From Bacteroidota bacterium (GTDB lineage: Bacteria > Bacteroidota > Bacteroidia > AKYH767-A > 2013-40CM-41-45), in assembly GCA_016708785.1 (NCBI GenBank), contig JADJFC010000006.1, forward strand, positions 185,411 through 249,410: DNA of 64,000 nt, given 5' to 3'. How positions within the stretch are numbered: position 1 is the first letter of the stretch; the number at the start of each line of letters is the position of its first letter. The notes beneath the pieces were generated by a model. It had not been told where the DNA came from, searched no databases, and saw only the letters and a program-made list of their open reading frames with translations. A program made the translations under genes and the position numbers. Below are positions 29,460 through 40,188 of this stretch, piece by piece.

Positions 29460-30893
29460 ATGACGCAAGAAGAGCAAATTTCAGTATTCGATATGTTTAA
29501 AATCGGAATTGGTCCGTCCAGTTCGCATACCCTTGGACCGTGGCGGGCTGCGCATCGGTTTTTAAGGTCTATCGATGAGCATAATTTGTGGCCGGATGTA
29601 GATCGGATCGTGATTAAATTGTATGGTTCGCTGGCTAAAACGGGAAGAGGACATGGGACTGACATTGCTATTCAGCTTGGATTGTGCGGATTTGATCCTG
29701 TGACTTATGATGTGAATAGTATTACACCTGCAATTACTTCGATTGCGCAAATCAAAAAACTCAACCTTGATTCTAAAAAAGAAATTGATTTTTCTCCGGA
29801 ACGTGATATCGTATTTCTTTTCACCGAATCGCTTCCACTCCATTCAAATGCACTGACTTTTTCTATTTTCAATAACGAACAAATTCTTCTTGAAGAAACA
29901 TACTACTCTGTCGGCGGCGGATTTGTCGAAAAAGATGGCGAGAAAAAATCGAAGGACGAAAATAAAGTGAATCTGAAATTTCCTATCGATAAAGCTTCGG
30001 AATTACTAACCTATTGCGACGACAACAATTTTTCAGTTTCTGATGTTGTGCTCGAAAACGAAAAATCATGGAAGAGTGAAGTGGAGATCCGAACTGGAAT
30101 AATGAACATCTGGAAAGTGATGACTGAATGTATCTATCGTGGTTGCCATACAACAGGAGAATTACCAGGCGGATTAAAAGTTACACGTCGCGCTGCGAAA
30201 TTGAATGAGAAATTCCTCAACGGACAAAAGCATGCAAATTTCAATGAATGGGTATCCCTTTTAAAAGCAGGCGGAAGAGATTTCAAATACACCCTCGACT
30301 GGCTTACTTGCTTTGCTCTGGCAGTCAATGAAGAGAATGCTTCTTTCGGAAGAGTAGTAACTGCACCGACAAATGGCGCTGCAGGTGTAATTCCGGCAGT
30401 ACTTTTATACTATGTTGTTTTTTCTGATAATGTAACGGAAGACAAGATCATTCGCTTTTTAATGACGGCTTCAGAGATCGGTAGCATTTTCAAAAAAGGC
30501 GCGACGATTTCCGCAGCAATGGGCGGTTGTCAGGCAGAGATCGGTGTTTCTTCTGCGATGGCAGCAGGTGCATTAACTGAACGGCTAGGTGGATCACCAC
30601 GACAGGTTTTGATGGCTTCTGAAATTGCAATGGAGCATCATCTAGGTCTCACTTGCGATCCGATAAAAGGGCTGGTGCAAATTCCATGTATTGAACGAAA
30701 TTCCATGGGTGCAATAAAAGCTATCACTGCTGCACAATTGGCATTACACAGCGATCCTACGCAAGCAAAAGTTTCACTCGATGATGTTGTAAGGACAATG
30801 TGGAATACCGCTCTTGACATGAATACGAAATTCAAAGAAACTGCAGAGGGTGGATTGGCAACGAATGTGCCGCTTGGCTTGAGTGAATGTTGA
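29460..30893 (+). CDS. sdaA: L-serine dehydratase, iron-sulfur-dependent, single-chain form
   Basis: Begins [27 protein letters not shown], the canonical SdaA N-terminus. The ORF-track start at 29379 is an upstream extension through the repeat. The Cys-containing beta domain and alpha domain are collinear. Confidence 0.85.
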   Translation: MTQEEQISVFDMFKIGIGPSSSHTLGPWRAAHRFLRSIDEHNLWPDVDRIVIKLYGSLAKTGRGHGTDIAIQLGLCGFDPVTYDVNSITPAITSIAQIKKLNLDSKKEIDFSPERDIVFLFTESLPLHSNALTFSIFNNEQILLEETYYSVGGGFVEKDGEKKSKDENKVNLKFPIDKASELLTYCDDNNFSVSDVVLENEKSWKSEVEIRTGIMNIWKVMTECIYRGCHTTGELPGGLKVTRRAAKLNEKFLNGQKHANFNEWVSLLKAGGRDFKYTLDWLTCFALAVNEENASFGRVVTAPTNGAAGVIPAVLLYYVVFSDNVTEDKIIRFLMTASEIGSIFKKGATISAAMGGCQAEIGVSSAMAAGALTERLGGSPRQVLMASEIAMEHHLGLTCDPIKGLVQIPCIERNSMGAIKAITAAQLALHSDPTQAKVSLDDVVRTMWNTALDMNTKFKETAEGGLATNVPLGLSEC

Positions 30894-31012
30894 TTTTTGA
30901 CAAGTGGTGATGCACGTTCAATGCAGGTAGCTTCTTTATACTTAAACTTAAACAATCTAATTTCGAAGTTTGAAGGTTTTGTTTATTTTTAAATTAATGA
31001 TCAAATCAAGTC

Positions 31013-31600
31013 TTACTCACCACCACCGCGTAATTGCCTTTCGATATTTCTATCAGGCATGACCCACATTACAGAAACCATTACGAACAGAATTCCTGAA
31101 ATCATTGGGTTTAAAAATGCGGCGCCAATTGCCGTTACATAAGCAAATAAGGAGAAAACACCTTTTGATGTTTGCTTTCTTAAAATATCAGTCATACTTG
31201 AATCATGCGATGAGCTGGACGTGATTGACTTCAATAAAATATAATAGGCAACACCATTCATCATTTGCAAAAATGCATATAGTATCACAGAGTTTGCACT
31301 AAAGTGATTCTCGCCCATGTAAGCTGTACCAAATGGAGTAAGTGAAAGCCAGAATAACAAATGTGTATTTGACCAAATGATCTTTGTATTGACGCTTTTT
31401 ACAGTGTGAAGTAAGTGATGATGATTACCCCAATAGATTGCAATATTTACAAAACTCAATACGTAGCTAACAAAAATTGGAAGCAATGGAATAAAATCTC
31501 TGAATGATTCGCCATGAGGAACTTTCAACTCAAGTACCATGATGGTTATGATGATGGCTATTACTCCATCGGAAAATGCTTCGAGGCGGGTTTTTGTCAT
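31013..31600 (-). CDS. TMEM175-family (DUF1211) potassium channel-like membrane protein
   Basis: 195 aa. N-terminal RLEAFSDGVIAIIITIMVLEL signature (RxxxFSD on TM1). About 6 TMS. Confidence 0.7.
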   Translation of the reverse strand: MTKTRLEAFSDGVIAIIITIMVLELKVPHGESFRDFIPLLPIFVSYVLSFVNIAIYWGNHHHLLHTVKSVNTKIIWSNTHLLFWLSLTPFGTAYMGENHFSANSVILYAFLQMMNGVAYYILLKSITSSSSHDSSMTDILRKQTSKGVFSLFAYVTAIGAAFLNPMISGILFVMVSVMWVMPDRNIERQLRGGGE

Positions 31601-31662
31601 ATTGGATTGGATGAAAAGTAAAAATAGGAAAATAAAATCATCTGAAAGCTTAGCATAAATTT

Positions 31663-31706
31663 TTCTCCCGCAGAATTTCGCAGAATACGCAGAATAACCG
31701 CAGAAA
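31663..31706. repeat. Family B repeat (CGCAGAAT words), direct orientation
   Basis: TTCTCCCGCAGAATTTCGCAGAATACGCAGAATAACCGCAGAAAAAAC. Confidence 0.85.
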
Positions 31707-31837
31707 AAACTCTATGTCCTCAATTTATTTTCTTTGCGTTCGCTATCTTAAAAATTTCTCGAAGTTGAACTCAGATTAAAATATTCTGAAAACAAATTCG
31801 TCTACAAGATTGTTACAATAAAGAAATAGAAACATAT

Positions 31838-32461
31838 ATGAAAAAAGTTGGAATAATAGGTTCAGGAGCAGTGGCTAAAGCTTTGGCAAAAGGTTTTGTA
31901 GCCATTGGTTACGAAGTAAAAATGGGTACGCGTGACAAGAATAAACTCGCCGATATTCAAAATGTCATAGTTGGGAGTATCGCAGAGGCGGCTGATTTTG
32001 CTGACATTATTGTTTTGGCTGTAAAAGGAACTGTAGCTTCTGAAGTTCTCAAACAAATTCACACAGAAAATAAGATCGTAATTGACACGACCAATCCTAT
32101 CGATGACAAGCCTCCGATAAATGGCGTACTTCAATATTTCACGGATAAGAATAGTTCATTGGGAGAAATTCTCCAGAAAGAAAATCCGAATACGCATATC
32201 GTAAAGGCATTCAATTCTGTTGGAAGTGCATTTATGGTCAATCCGGATTTCGAGGGTATAAAGCCTACCATGTTCATTTGTGGAAACAGCGAAGGAGCAA
32301 AAGCGAAAGTGACAGAGATCTTAACTGCTTTCAATTGGGAAACAGAAGATGTAGGCAAGATCGAATCTGCGGGACCGATTGAGGCCCTTTGCCAATTGTG
32401 GTGTTTGCCGGGATTTTTGAATAATCAGTGGTCGCAGGCGTTTAAGTTTTTGAAGAAGTAA
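31838..32461 (+). CDS. NAD(P)-binding Rossmann protein of the F420-dependent NADP oxidoreductase (Npd/ProC-like) family
   Basis: 207 aa. N-terminal GxGxxA (KVGIIGSGAVAKALA). The size and pattern match the NADP_oxidoreductase coenzyme-F420-dependent family. Confidence 0.6.
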   Translation: MKKVGIIGSGAVAKALAKGFVAIGYEVKMGTRDKNKLADIQNVIVGSIAEAADFADIIVLAVKGTVASEVLKQIHTENKIVIDTTNPIDDKPPINGVLQYFTDKNSSLGEILQKENPNTHIVKAFNSVGSAFMVNPDFEGIKPTMFICGNSEGAKAKVTEILTAFNWETEDVGKIESAGPIEALCQLWCLPGFLNNQWSQAFKFLKK

Positions 32462-32482
32462 GCAATGGACTATGGATTAATA

Positions 32483-32523
32483 TTTCCCGCAGAGTTGCGC
32501 AGAATACGCAGAATAACCGCAGA
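32483..32523. repeat. Family B repeat, direct orientation
   Basis: TTTCCCGCAGAGTTGCGCAGAATACGCAGAATAACCGCAGA. Confidence 0.85.
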
Positions 32524-32662
32524 TTTTTAAACTGAGAATTTTCATGGTCTCATTGTGTCCCGATAGTTGTCGGGCTTGTGTTTTCTTTTCTCATTATTTC
32601 TCCTTTTTCTACTTTTTCTCTGTGTTTAATTTTTTTAGGCGCTATCAGATTTTTGAATTCAC

Positions 32663-33481
32663 TTAATCGCGAATAACTTTCCTGCTTATCACTTGACCAG
32701 CCTCATCTTTGATCCTAACAAAATAGATCCCTTTCTCATTCGGTAAAGTTAGCTTTGTATTATCTACAACAACTTCCACTTTTTGTCCTATTGAATTAAA
32801 AGCTTCGACGGAATTTATTTTCCCCTTGTACTGGAGATTAACTATTCCGTCAGTCGTTGGGTTTGGAATAATTTCAAAGCCTGTATTTCCATTCAGGTCA
32901 TCGATTGAATTTGGATTGCAATAGGTAAGAAATTCATTCGAAGAAAATGTAATTGCTGATGGCCCACCGCTGTCCATTAAATCAAAAGTGACTTTTATCC
33001 AGCCGGCACTTACTCCATTTGAATAGGCAATGTACTTTTCGAAAATTGTCCATGGACCCACGCAATCGAAACAACCATAATCGCCAAGTTTGTAGATCGT
33101 ATCATTCGTATATGTAAATGACATGTTACAATCAAGCGGATCACCTAAATCATAAATATTAATTCGTTTTACTCCGAAAGAATTCGTGTCGGAACAAATT
33201 GAGTAGACTGGATTGTGTACATATAAAAAAACAACATTGCCGCCATATGCTGTCTGCCCTTTGAAAAGCTTAAATGTTAAATCCGGAATGTTATCGCAAT
33301 TCAAATCAATTGATCCTGTTGTGTCCGTATCGTAATTTACAACAGAAAAACTGATACGTGGATCAACTATGTATCCACCCCCTGGAGGAATGTCTCCGGC
33401 TATTACTTTCGCTTTTGACGAATTGAATCCTGCGAGGAAAATTAAAATTAGTAAGAAGATTGAAGAGTATTTTGTTTTCAT
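32663..33481 (-). CDS. T9SS-secreted hypothetical protein with type-A C-terminal sorting domain
   Basis: 272 aa. Signal peptide. C-terminus IIPNPTTDGIVNLQYKG...GIYFVRIKDEAGQVISRKVI. Confidence 0.7.
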   Translation of the reverse strand: MKTKYSSIFLLILIFLAGFNSSKAKVIAGDIPPGGGYIVDPRISFSVVNYDTDTTGSIDLNCDNIPDLTFKLFKGQTAYGGNVVFLYVHNPVYSICSDTNSFGVKRINIYDLGDPLDCNMSFTYTNDTIYKLGDYGCFDCVGPWTIFEKYIAYSNGVSAGWIKVTFDLMDSGGPSAITFSSNEFLTYCNPNSIDDLNGNTGFEIIPNPTTDGIVNLQYKGKINSVEAFNSIGQKVEVVVDNTKLTLPNEKGIYFVRIKDEAGQVISRKVIRD

Positions 33482-33573
33482 TGGAAGAAGAATTAGAATA
33501 GTTGAAGTGTGATTAATCTAAATTAGTAAATAATAGATTTTAAAAATTCATTTTTGGAAAATAATTCTGAGGT

Positions 33574-33666
33574 TTTTCTGCGTATTCTGCGAAATTCTGC
33601 GGGAGAAAAAAAACACAAAAGATTATTTCCCGCAGAATTGCGCAGAATACGCAGAAAAACCGCAGA
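33574..33666. repeat. Inverted pair of family B repeats forming an about 30-bp-stem palindrome
   Basis: TTTTTCTGCGTATTCTGCGAAATTCTGCGGGAGAAA, a 20-nt spacer, then TTTCCCGCAGAATTGCGCAGAATACGCAGAAAAACCGCAGA. Confidence 0.85.
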
Positions 33667-33675
33667 GAATTATAC

Positions 33676-33716
33676 AAAAAAAGGCCCGCAGTGAAATTCA
33701 TTGCGGGCCTTTTGAA
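33676..33716 (-). terminator. Rho-independent terminator downstream of lepA (bidirectional form)
   Basis: AAAAAAAGGCCCGCAgtgaaattcatTGCGGGCCTTTTGAAAAAA. GC stem with A-run and T-run on both sides. Confidence 0.7.
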
Positions 33717-33729
33717 AAAAGTTCTTTTT

Positions 33730-35520
33730 TTATGAATCCAATTTAAGGACTGCTAAGAATGCTTGTTGAGGAATTTCGACGTTGCCTACTTGACGCATCC
33801 GCTTCTTTCCCTCTTTTTGTTTTTCGAGGAGTTTACGTTTACGGGAGATATCACCACCATAACATTTTGCAGTTACATCTTTACGTAAAGCTCTTACCGT
33901 TTCACGAGCTATGATCTTTGCTCCAATACTTGCCTGAATGATAATTTCAAATTGCTGACGTGTGATCAACTCTTTCAATTTCTCACACATTCTTTTACCG
34001 AAATCAAATGAGTGTGTACGATGTACCAAAGCTGACAATGCATCCACCGGTTCGCCATTCAGACGAATATCTAATTTCACAAGATCACTTTGATGGTAAC
34101 CGATCGGGTGATAATCGAATGATGCATATCCTTTACTGATTGATTTTAATTTGTCGTAGAAATCGAAAACGATCTCTGCAAGCGGCATGTTGAATGTTAA
34201 CTCAACTCTGTCTGTCGTAAGATAGGATTGACCCATGATCACACCACGCTTACCTATACACAATGTCATGATCGAGCCAACGTAGTCTGCTTTGGTGATG
34301 ATCTGTGCTTTGATATAAGGTTCTTCAATACGTTCCAGGTAATTTGGATCGGGCATTTCAGAAGGGTTATGAATATCACCTTCTGAGCCATCGGTCATGT
34401 ATGCTTTGTAAGATACGTTTGGAACAGTGGTGATCACTGTCATGTTGAACTCACGCTCTAAACGCTCCTGGATAATTTCCATGTGTAACATTCCTAAGAA
34501 TCCACAACGGAAACCGAAACCTAATGCAACAGATGACTCCGGCTGAAATACCAATGAAGCATCATTCAGCTGCAACTTCTCGATCGACTTACGTAACTCT
34601 TCGTACTCGTCAGTATCGACAGGATAAATTCCCGCGAATACCATTGGCTTCACATCTTCGAAACCTTTGATGGCTTCTATGCATGGATTATCTCTCGTCG
34701 TTAGTGTATCACCAACTTTTACTTCACTTGCTTCTTTGATGCCGGAAATGATATATCCAACGTCGCCTGTCTTTACAACATCGCGACTTTCTTTTTCCAA
34801 TTTTAAAATTCCGATATCATCGGCATTGTATTCTTTTCCGGTTGCAAAAAATTTCACTTTATCACCTTTACGGATCTCACCTTCCATGACTCTGTAATAA
34901 GCGATGATACCACGGAATGAATTGAAAACTGAATCAAAGATCAATGCTTTCAATGGTCCATTTGGATCTCCACTTGGTGGAGGAACACGTTTTACGATCG
35001 CTTCTAAAATATCGAAGATACCTAAACCGGTTTTTGCTGAAGCGGGAATAATAGAATCTCTATCGCAACCTACAAGGTCAACGATCTGATCTTTTACTAC
35101 TTCAGGATCGGCTGATGGAAGATCGATTTTATTTAAGACAGGAATAATTTCTAATCCGTGTTCGAGAGCGAGATATAAATTTGAAATTGTTTGTGCTTGT
35201 ATTCCCTGTGCTGCATCGACGATCAACAATGCGCCTTCACAGGCAGCAATTGAACGAGAAACTTCGTATGAAAAATCGACGTGACCGGGAGTGTCGATAA
35301 GGTTCAGAGTGTATTGTTCACCATCGAGATTGTATTGCATTTGTATAGCATGGCTCTTGATCGTGATGCCTCGCTCACGCTCAATATCCATATCGTCGAG
35401 GACCTGTGCTTTTTCGTCGCGCTTGCTGATTGTTTTTGTATACTCCAGCAATCGATCGGCTAACGTACTTTTACCGTGGTCAATATGGGCAATAATGCAG
35501 AAATTTCGAATGTTTTTCAC
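33730..35520 (-). CDS. lepA: Elongation factor 4 (LepA GTPase)
   Basis: Canonical LepA begins at the GTG codon giving (M)[24 protein letters not shown]. The G1-G5 GTPase motifs and the LepA C-terminal domain are present. The ORF-track ATG at 35592 lies inside a family-B repeat and adds 24 spurious residues ([13 protein letters not shown]...). Confidence 0.88.
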   Translation of the reverse strand: MKNIRNFCIIAHIDHGKSTLADRLLEYTKTISKRDEKAQVLDDMDIERERGITIKSHAIQMQYNLDGEQYTLNLIDTPGHVDFSYEVSRSIAACEGALLIVDAAQGIQAQTISNLYLALEHGLEIIPVLNKIDLPSADPEVVKDQIVDLVGCDRDSIIPASAKTGLGIFDILEAIVKRVPPPSGDPNGPLKALIFDSVFNSFRGIIAYYRVMEGEIRKGDKVKFFATGKEYNADDIGILKLEKESRDVVKTGDVGYIISGIKEASEVKVGDTLTTRDNPCIEAIKGFEDVKPMVFAGIYPVDTDEYEELRKSIEKLQLNDASLVFQPESSVALGFGFRCGFLGMLHMEIIQERLEREFNMTVITTVPNVSYKAYMTDGSEGDIHNPSEMPDPNYLERIEEPYIKAQIITKADYVGSIMTLCIGKRGVIMGQSYLTTDRVELTFNMPLAEIVFDFYDKLKSISKGYASFDYHPIGYHQSDLVKLDIRLNGEPVDALSALVHRTHSFDFGKRMCEKLKELITRQQFEIIIQASIGAKIIARETVRALRKDVTAKCYGGDISRKRKLLEKQKEGKKRMRQVGNVEIPQQAFLAVLKLDS

Positions 35521-35563
35521 TTTTGGGGCAATTTTATTAGAAGGATTGCGAAGGTAGTGGAAA

Positions 35564-35656
35564 TCTGCGGTTTTTCTGCGTATTCTGCGCAATTCTGCGG
35601 GAAATAATTCTACATGTTTTTTCTCCCGCAGAATTGCGCAGAATACGCAGAAAAAC
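35564..35656. repeat. Inverted pair of family B repeats upstream of lepA
   Basis: TCTGCGGTTTTTCTGCGTATTCTGCGCAATTCTGCGGGAAA, a 16-nt spacer, then TTCTCCCGCAGAATTGCGCAGAATACGCAGAAAAAC. Confidence 0.85.
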
Positions 35657-35672
35657 AGAAGCCCCTTCGAGG

Positions 35673-36050
35673 CTATAATCCATTTACTTTTCTAAAAATG
35701 TGATCTTTGATTATATCAACATTAAAGTTCACTAAAATACCCAATTTATGTTTAGCCAATTTCAAGTAAGTTAACAGTTGCTTATGATGTACCGGTGCTA
35801 AAGACTCTATGGATTTTACCTCTATAATTACTTTATTCTCTACCAAAATATCCATTCTAAAACCTAACTCTAATTTAGCTCCATCATATACAACTGGCAA
35901 GCCAACTTCAACACGCACATTGAGATTTAATTTTCGAAGTTCATAAGCTAATGCCGCAACATACACTGATTCTAACAATCCCGGGCCCAATTGATAGTGA
36001 ACTTTCATTATTGCTCCACGGATAACGTAGGAGATTTCATTTTCTGTCAT
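35673..36050 (-). CDS. GxxExxY family protein (PD-(D/E)XK nuclease-like)
   Basis: 125 aa. GPGLLESVY contains the GxxExxY motif. The size and architecture are typical of this Bacteroidetes-abundant family. Confidence 0.75.
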   Translation of the reverse strand: MTENEISYVIRGAIMKVHYQLGPGLLESVYVAALAYELRKLNLNVRVEVGLPVVYDGAKLELGFRMDILVENKVIIEVKSIESLAPVHHKQLLTYLKLAKHKLGILVNFNVDIIKDHIFRKVNGL

Positions 36051-36128
36051 TTTACAAAAGTAATGACAGATCAGTTTGAAAATTTTACAAAGACAACTTC
36101 CAATAATAAATTAAACAGCAAAGAAGCA

Positions 36129-37085
36129 TCAAAAAACTTTTTTGGCAATCCGACAAGTGGTTTCGGCGTTTCCCATGGTGTAGTAATGCAAACATGGAAC
36201 ACCGGCTTTTTTTAGTTCGATGGATTGATTTGTGCACCACTCGATTCCAAGTTCTTTTACTTCTTTATCGTTCTTGCATTTGTCAATTGCATCGGCAAGA
36301 TCTTCGGGTAGATCGACATGAAATATTTTAGGAAGGATAGTTGTTTGCTTTTTTGTTGTAACAGATTTTAATCCCGGAATGATCGGAACATTGATTCCAT
36401 TCTCTTTGCACTTCTCAACAAATTCAAAATATTTTTTATTATCGAAAAACATTTGCGTCACAATAAATTGTGCGCCTGCATCCACTTTCATTTTCAGATA
36501 ACGCAGATCCGTTTTGAGATTCGGCGCTTCGAAATGTTTCTCCGGATAACCGGCAACACCAAAACAAAAATCTGATGGCGTTACTTCCTGCAATTCTTCA
36601 TCGAGGTACACTCCGCGATTCATATTCGACACTTGCTGAACAAGATCCAATGCGAATTTGTGTCCGCCATAGTGAGGCTCAAATGCAGATTCAGATTTGA
36701 TCGCATCACCACGAAGCAACAACAAATTATCAATTCCCAAATAACTCAATTCAATAAGTGCATTCTCCGTTTCCTCTTTTGAAAATCCTCCGCAGATGAT
36801 ATGCGGAACCGGATCGACATTATAATGATTCAGAATCGCTGCACAAATACTTACTGTTCCCGGACGTTTACGAATGGAAAATTTCTCAAGCAATCCATTT
36901 TCACGCTTCTTGTAAACATATTCTTCACGATGATAAGTAACATCAACGAAAGCAGGCTTGAATTCCATGATCGGATCAAGAATATCATAAATACTTCTGA
37001 TACTCTTCCCTTTTAATGGTGGAAGAATCTCAACTGAGAAAAGTGTTTTGTCAATATTTTTTGAGAGGTGTTCGGTTACTTTCAT
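36129..37085 (-). CDS. metF: 5,10-methylenetetrahydrofolate reductase
   Basis: 318 aa TIM-barrel MTHFR with conserved FSVEILPP and HIICGG segments. Confidence 0.85.
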   Translation of the reverse strand: MKVTEHLSKNIDKTLFSVEILPPLKGKSIRSIYDILDPIMEFKPAFVDVTYHREEYVYKKRENGLLEKFSIRKRPGTVSICAAILNHYNVDPVPHIICGGFSKEETENALIELSYLGIDNLLLLRGDAIKSESAFEPHYGGHKFALDLVQQVSNMNRGVYLDEELQEVTPSDFCFGVAGYPEKHFEAPNLKTDLRYLKMKVDAGAQFIVTQMFFDNKKYFEFVEKCKENGINVPIIPGLKSVTTKKQTTILPKIFHVDLPEDLADAIDKCKNDKEVKELGIEWCTNQSIELKKAGVPCLHYYTMGNAETTCRIAKKVF

Positions 37086-37094
37086 TCTATTTAA

Positions 37095-37130
37095 GTGAGT
37101 GGTAATTGGTGAGTGGTGAGTGGTGAGTGG
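37095..37130. repeat. Family C repeat (GTGAGTGG tandem words)
   Basis: GTGAGTGGTAATTGGTGAGTGGTGAGTGGTGAGTGG between metF and ribE. Confidence 0.75.
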
Positions 37131-37171
37131 CAGGGGCTTTCTTTATTTCAGAGTAATTACTGCTAATTTAA

Positions 37172-37765
37172 TTATTCGTTCGTTATAGAAATGTATCGTC
37201 CGACGTACTTGCCAATAATATCAAACTCAATATTCACATCATCGCCGGGTTTCAGAGTATGGAAGTTTGTATTTTCCCATGTATATGGTATGATTGCAAC
37301 AGAGAAACTGCTTTTCTCTGAATCAACAACAGTTAAACTTACACCATTGATGCAAACAGATCCCTTTTCAACGGTAAGATGCATTGGAGATGGAGCATAT
37401 GAAAAATAAATTCTCCAGCTTCCGTCTTCATTAATGATCTTTTCAACTTTTGCCGTAGTATCTACGTGTCCTTGTACGATGTGTCCGTCGAGACGACCAT
37501 TCATTATCATACATCGCTCAAGATTTACTTTGTCGCCTATTATTAGTTTTCCGAGATTAGTTCTGATCAATGTTTCATCGATTGCAACTACATCATATTT
37601 ATTTCCGGCAACTTTTACAACAGTCAGACAAACACCATTGTGAGCTAAACTCTGATCGACCTTTAATTCAGAAGCAAATGAACATTCGAAAGTGAAACGA
37701 ATATTTGTGCCTTCTTTATGGATAGCACATACCTCCGCCATACTTTCAATAATTCCGGTAAACAT
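37172..37765 (-). CDS. ribE: Riboflavin synthase (alpha subunit)
   Basis: 197 aa. MFTGIIE N-terminus. Duplicated lumazine-binding half-domains (VNLE repeats). Confidence 0.88.
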   Translation of the reverse strand: MFTGIIESMAEVCAIHKEGTNIRFTFECSFASELKVDQSLAHNGVCLTVVKVAGNKYDVVAIDETLIRTNLGKLIIGDKVNLERCMIMNGRLDGHIVQGHVDTTAKVEKIINEDGSWRIYFSYAPSPMHLTVEKGSVCINGVSLTVVDSEKSSFSVAIIPYTWENTNFHTLKPGDDVNIEFDIIGKYVGRYISITNE

Positions 37766-37774
37766 ACTCTTGGT

Positions 37775-40126
37775 TTAATTATTACGTATTAATTGAATTG
37801 TGCCATGTAACTCCTGCACATCCTCGCCAAATATACGATAGAAATGGACTTTACACGTATAAAAATATACACCACTCACACAATCTGCTTTGGATTCCAG
37901 GTCTTTCCCATCCCAAAGCACATCTTTATTCGTTGTTTCAAAAACAATTTTTCCCCAACGATTGAAAATTTTCATTTCAATACTCTTCACATTTTTATAT
38001 GGCGGACAATTTGTTTCCTGATAATCAACCGCAGTAGTGCTATCGCATGGGTGAAAAATATCGTTGACACCATCTCCATCAGGAGTAAACACCGATGGCA
38101 AAACATATTGACGACAAGTATCAACACAAACTGCGAGAGCATTTATCGTTTCATTTCCCACAGAATCTACACCGGTAACTTTATAACATCCTGAAACAAT
38201 TTGAAGATTCGAATGAAGGTAGGTAGTATCATTTGGATCAAGTATAGAATCGATGCGCTCAAATACTGATGAATCCTGAGGGGAATAATAAATATAATAT
38301 TTCAGAACGTCATCTGAGCATAAATGATTCGGATTGATCCATGAAAGGAAATTCGAATTATCGAAACAATCCGACATTACTGTCAATGTAGTAGCGCATG
38401 GCGGAACATTGTCAATTGGTATTCCACACAATATTTGTGAACGATTATATAATGGTGTCGGAATTCCATCTCTTGAATAACTTCCCCGCGATTTAACGTA
38501 GTAACAATACTGTGTACCATTCGCCAAACCGGTATCTGAAAACTGCTTTACGCTTACTGTTGCAATTGAATCATAGATCAAAGTTGCAGGATTCAATCGA
38601 TAAATATCATAAGTGTTATTCGTCCAGGGAACATATTCTTCCCAAGTTAAATTCAATCGATTGTCCGTCGGACTGATGCTCAGAAATATTGTAGATGCAT
38701 TTGTAGAACTTCCTTTTAACGTTGGCACTCCGGCATTGTTATAATACAGATCGACTTTGTATGACCATGGACCAGCAACTGTGTTGATTGCATTATCTGT
38801 AATGGTTGTATCATCCAAATCATTCAACACAGCGAATTGGGTGAAGTTAGTTCCAAAGAAGTCAGATGAATGATATACTCTGTATTCGTGCGGTCCGGGG
38901 AATTGAATCGTATCTAATTCAGTTGGCTTACTCCAATCAACATAGACAGAACCTGTTGTTGCATCCGTTGTTAACACATCAGCATGGGTAAGTACAGGAA
39001 GGTCTTTCCTCAAAGTAGCACAAGTTTGAGGCGATGCACAACTTTCTGAACCGTCTGCAAAAAATGCCGTCACCAAATAACAGTACTCTACTCCTATTGC
39101 AAGACCTTGTCCGTAATTATTGTCGACATAATTTACCGAATCAATACTCTGCAGCGTTGCAAGCAATTGATAACCGGTATAAGAAGGTGCGCCATTGTCA
39201 CAAGGGCAATCAATTGTTCCAGGGTAGTTATTTATTCTTCGATAAACATAATAGCCGATCGCTTCTGCGCAAGGCGATGTACTCCAATTCAACTCAATTG
39301 CATTTCCATTTGCGACAGCAGTAACTGATGTCGGTGCCGGAGCAATGACACGAATGATTGTCGATCTCAATGCTACCAATGAGATACTATCCACCGGTTG
39401 TACATCGCGAGCTTTGAACTGCGCTACATAAGGACTTGAACGAACGTGATGACATTTTGCATCCCAAACAAAACGACCAATTACTGTATCGTTACTTGCA
39501 ACAGTAATTCTTGAATAGGTAGCAGCGTCACCACCAACAAGTGAATCAATAAAGACAGCGCCGTAAGCTGAGATCTCAACAAGATCTTGATCCGGGTCGA
39601 TGTTTGTCACATCAAAAGTCAAGGTCTCACCAGCAAGAACGCAAGTGTCAGAAACAGTTTCAATGAATGGGGGATTATTTGTACACTGTCCAATCAGGAT
39701 CTGCATATCCCTGCGAACATAACCGGCATACCTTCCCTGCTTATATTGTTTGATATGAAAAGCAACATTGTATTCGCCGGGTGTAACCGGAGAATTCCAA
39801 ATGAGATCTCCCGTAAAAGGATCCAGTGAAAATGACACCGACGCATTTGGAAATGTGTAACCGGGAATAGGCACGCCACCATCGCCGGCACATTGCACTA
39901 ATTCATAAGCGAGACTATCACCTTCCGGATCGAAAGCTCCGGGGTTATGAATAAATATTCGGTTCACACATCCTTTGTCAATTGGAGGATAAGTCAGAAT
40001 CGGTGAGCTGTTTGGTCCGAGGTAAGGATTAATGATCAGTTCGCTTTCAACATAAAATGGAACGTCAACAGAGTTTGGAATATTTATTACGCCTTCATTT
40101 CGATTCGGATCTGTAAAGCGTATCAA
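37775..40126 (-). CDS. Large T9SS type-B (CHU_C / gliding-motility-associated C-terminal domain) surface protein, main body
   Basis: 783 aa. The C-terminus YVLPSVFTPDGDGVNDIFHP...IFNRWGKIVFETTNKDVLWDGKD... is the CHU_C/T9SS type-B sorting domain. Ig-like repeats lie upstream. TTG start. A frameshifted N-terminal fragment at 40189-40452 belongs to the same gene. Confidence 0.8.
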   Translation of the reverse strand: MIRFTDPNRNEGVINIPNSVDVPFYVESELIINPYLGPNSSPILTYPPIDKGCVNRIFIHNPGAFDPEGDSLAYELVQCAGDGGVPIPGYTFPNASVSFSLDPFTGDLIWNSPVTPGEYNVAFHIKQYKQGRYAGYVRRDMQILIGQCTNNPPFIETVSDTCVLAGETLTFDVTNIDPDQDLVEISAYGAVFIDSLVGGDAATYSRITVASNDTVIGRFVWDAKCHHVRSSPYVAQFKARDVQPVDSISLVALRSTIIRVIAPAPTSVTAVANGNAIELNWSTSPCAEAIGYYVYRRINNYPGTIDCPCDNGAPSYTGYQLLATLQSIDSVNYVDNNYGQGLAIGVEYCYLVTAFFADGSESCASPQTCATLRKDLPVLTHADVLTTDATTGSVYVDWSKPTELDTIQFPGPHEYRVYHSSDFFGTNFTQFAVLNDLDDTTITDNAINTVAGPWSYKVDLYYNNAGVPTLKGSSTNASTIFLSISPTDNRLNLTWEEYVPWTNNTYDIYRLNPATLIYDSIATVSVKQFSDTGLANGTQYCYYVKSRGSYSRDGIPTPLYNRSQILCGIPIDNVPPCATTLTVMSDCFDNSNFLSWINPNHLCSDDVLKYYIYYSPQDSSVFERIDSILDPNDTTYLHSNLQIVSGCYKVTGVDSVGNETINALAVCVDTCRQYVLPSVFTPDGDGVNDIFHPCDSTTAVDYQETNCPPYKNVKSIEMKIFNRWGKIVFETTNKDVLWDGKDLESKADCVSGVYFYTCKVHFYRIFGEDVQELHGTIQLIRNN

Positions 40127-40188
40127 GAAACGTCCATTACCGGCATAAGTATGAACGTGCTTATATGTATTCTTACTAATGTCATCGG

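Noticed and set aside
32558-32590. Terminator after the F420-type oxidoreductase gene (CCCGA-tagttg-TCGGG)
   Set aside because: The stem is only 5 bp and the T-run is interrupted. The adjacent family-B repeat may instead provide termination. Too weak to list as a feature.
35521-35592. 24-aa N-terminal extension of lepA ([13 protein letters not shown]...) from the ORF track
   Set aside because: It is a translation of the family-B repeat. Conserved LepA begins at the GTG giving KNIRNF. Similar repeat-derived extensions were rejected for nuoH (MRINDKRKTINKKR) and for sdaA (upstream of 29460).
33574-35656. Possible CRISPR array formed by the recurring CGCAGAAT-containing repeats
   Set aside because: Copies are irregularly spaced (20 bp to several kb). 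Some are inverted relative to others. They are separated by full-length genes. There are no cas genes, and the unit is internally periodic rather than repeat-spacer organised.
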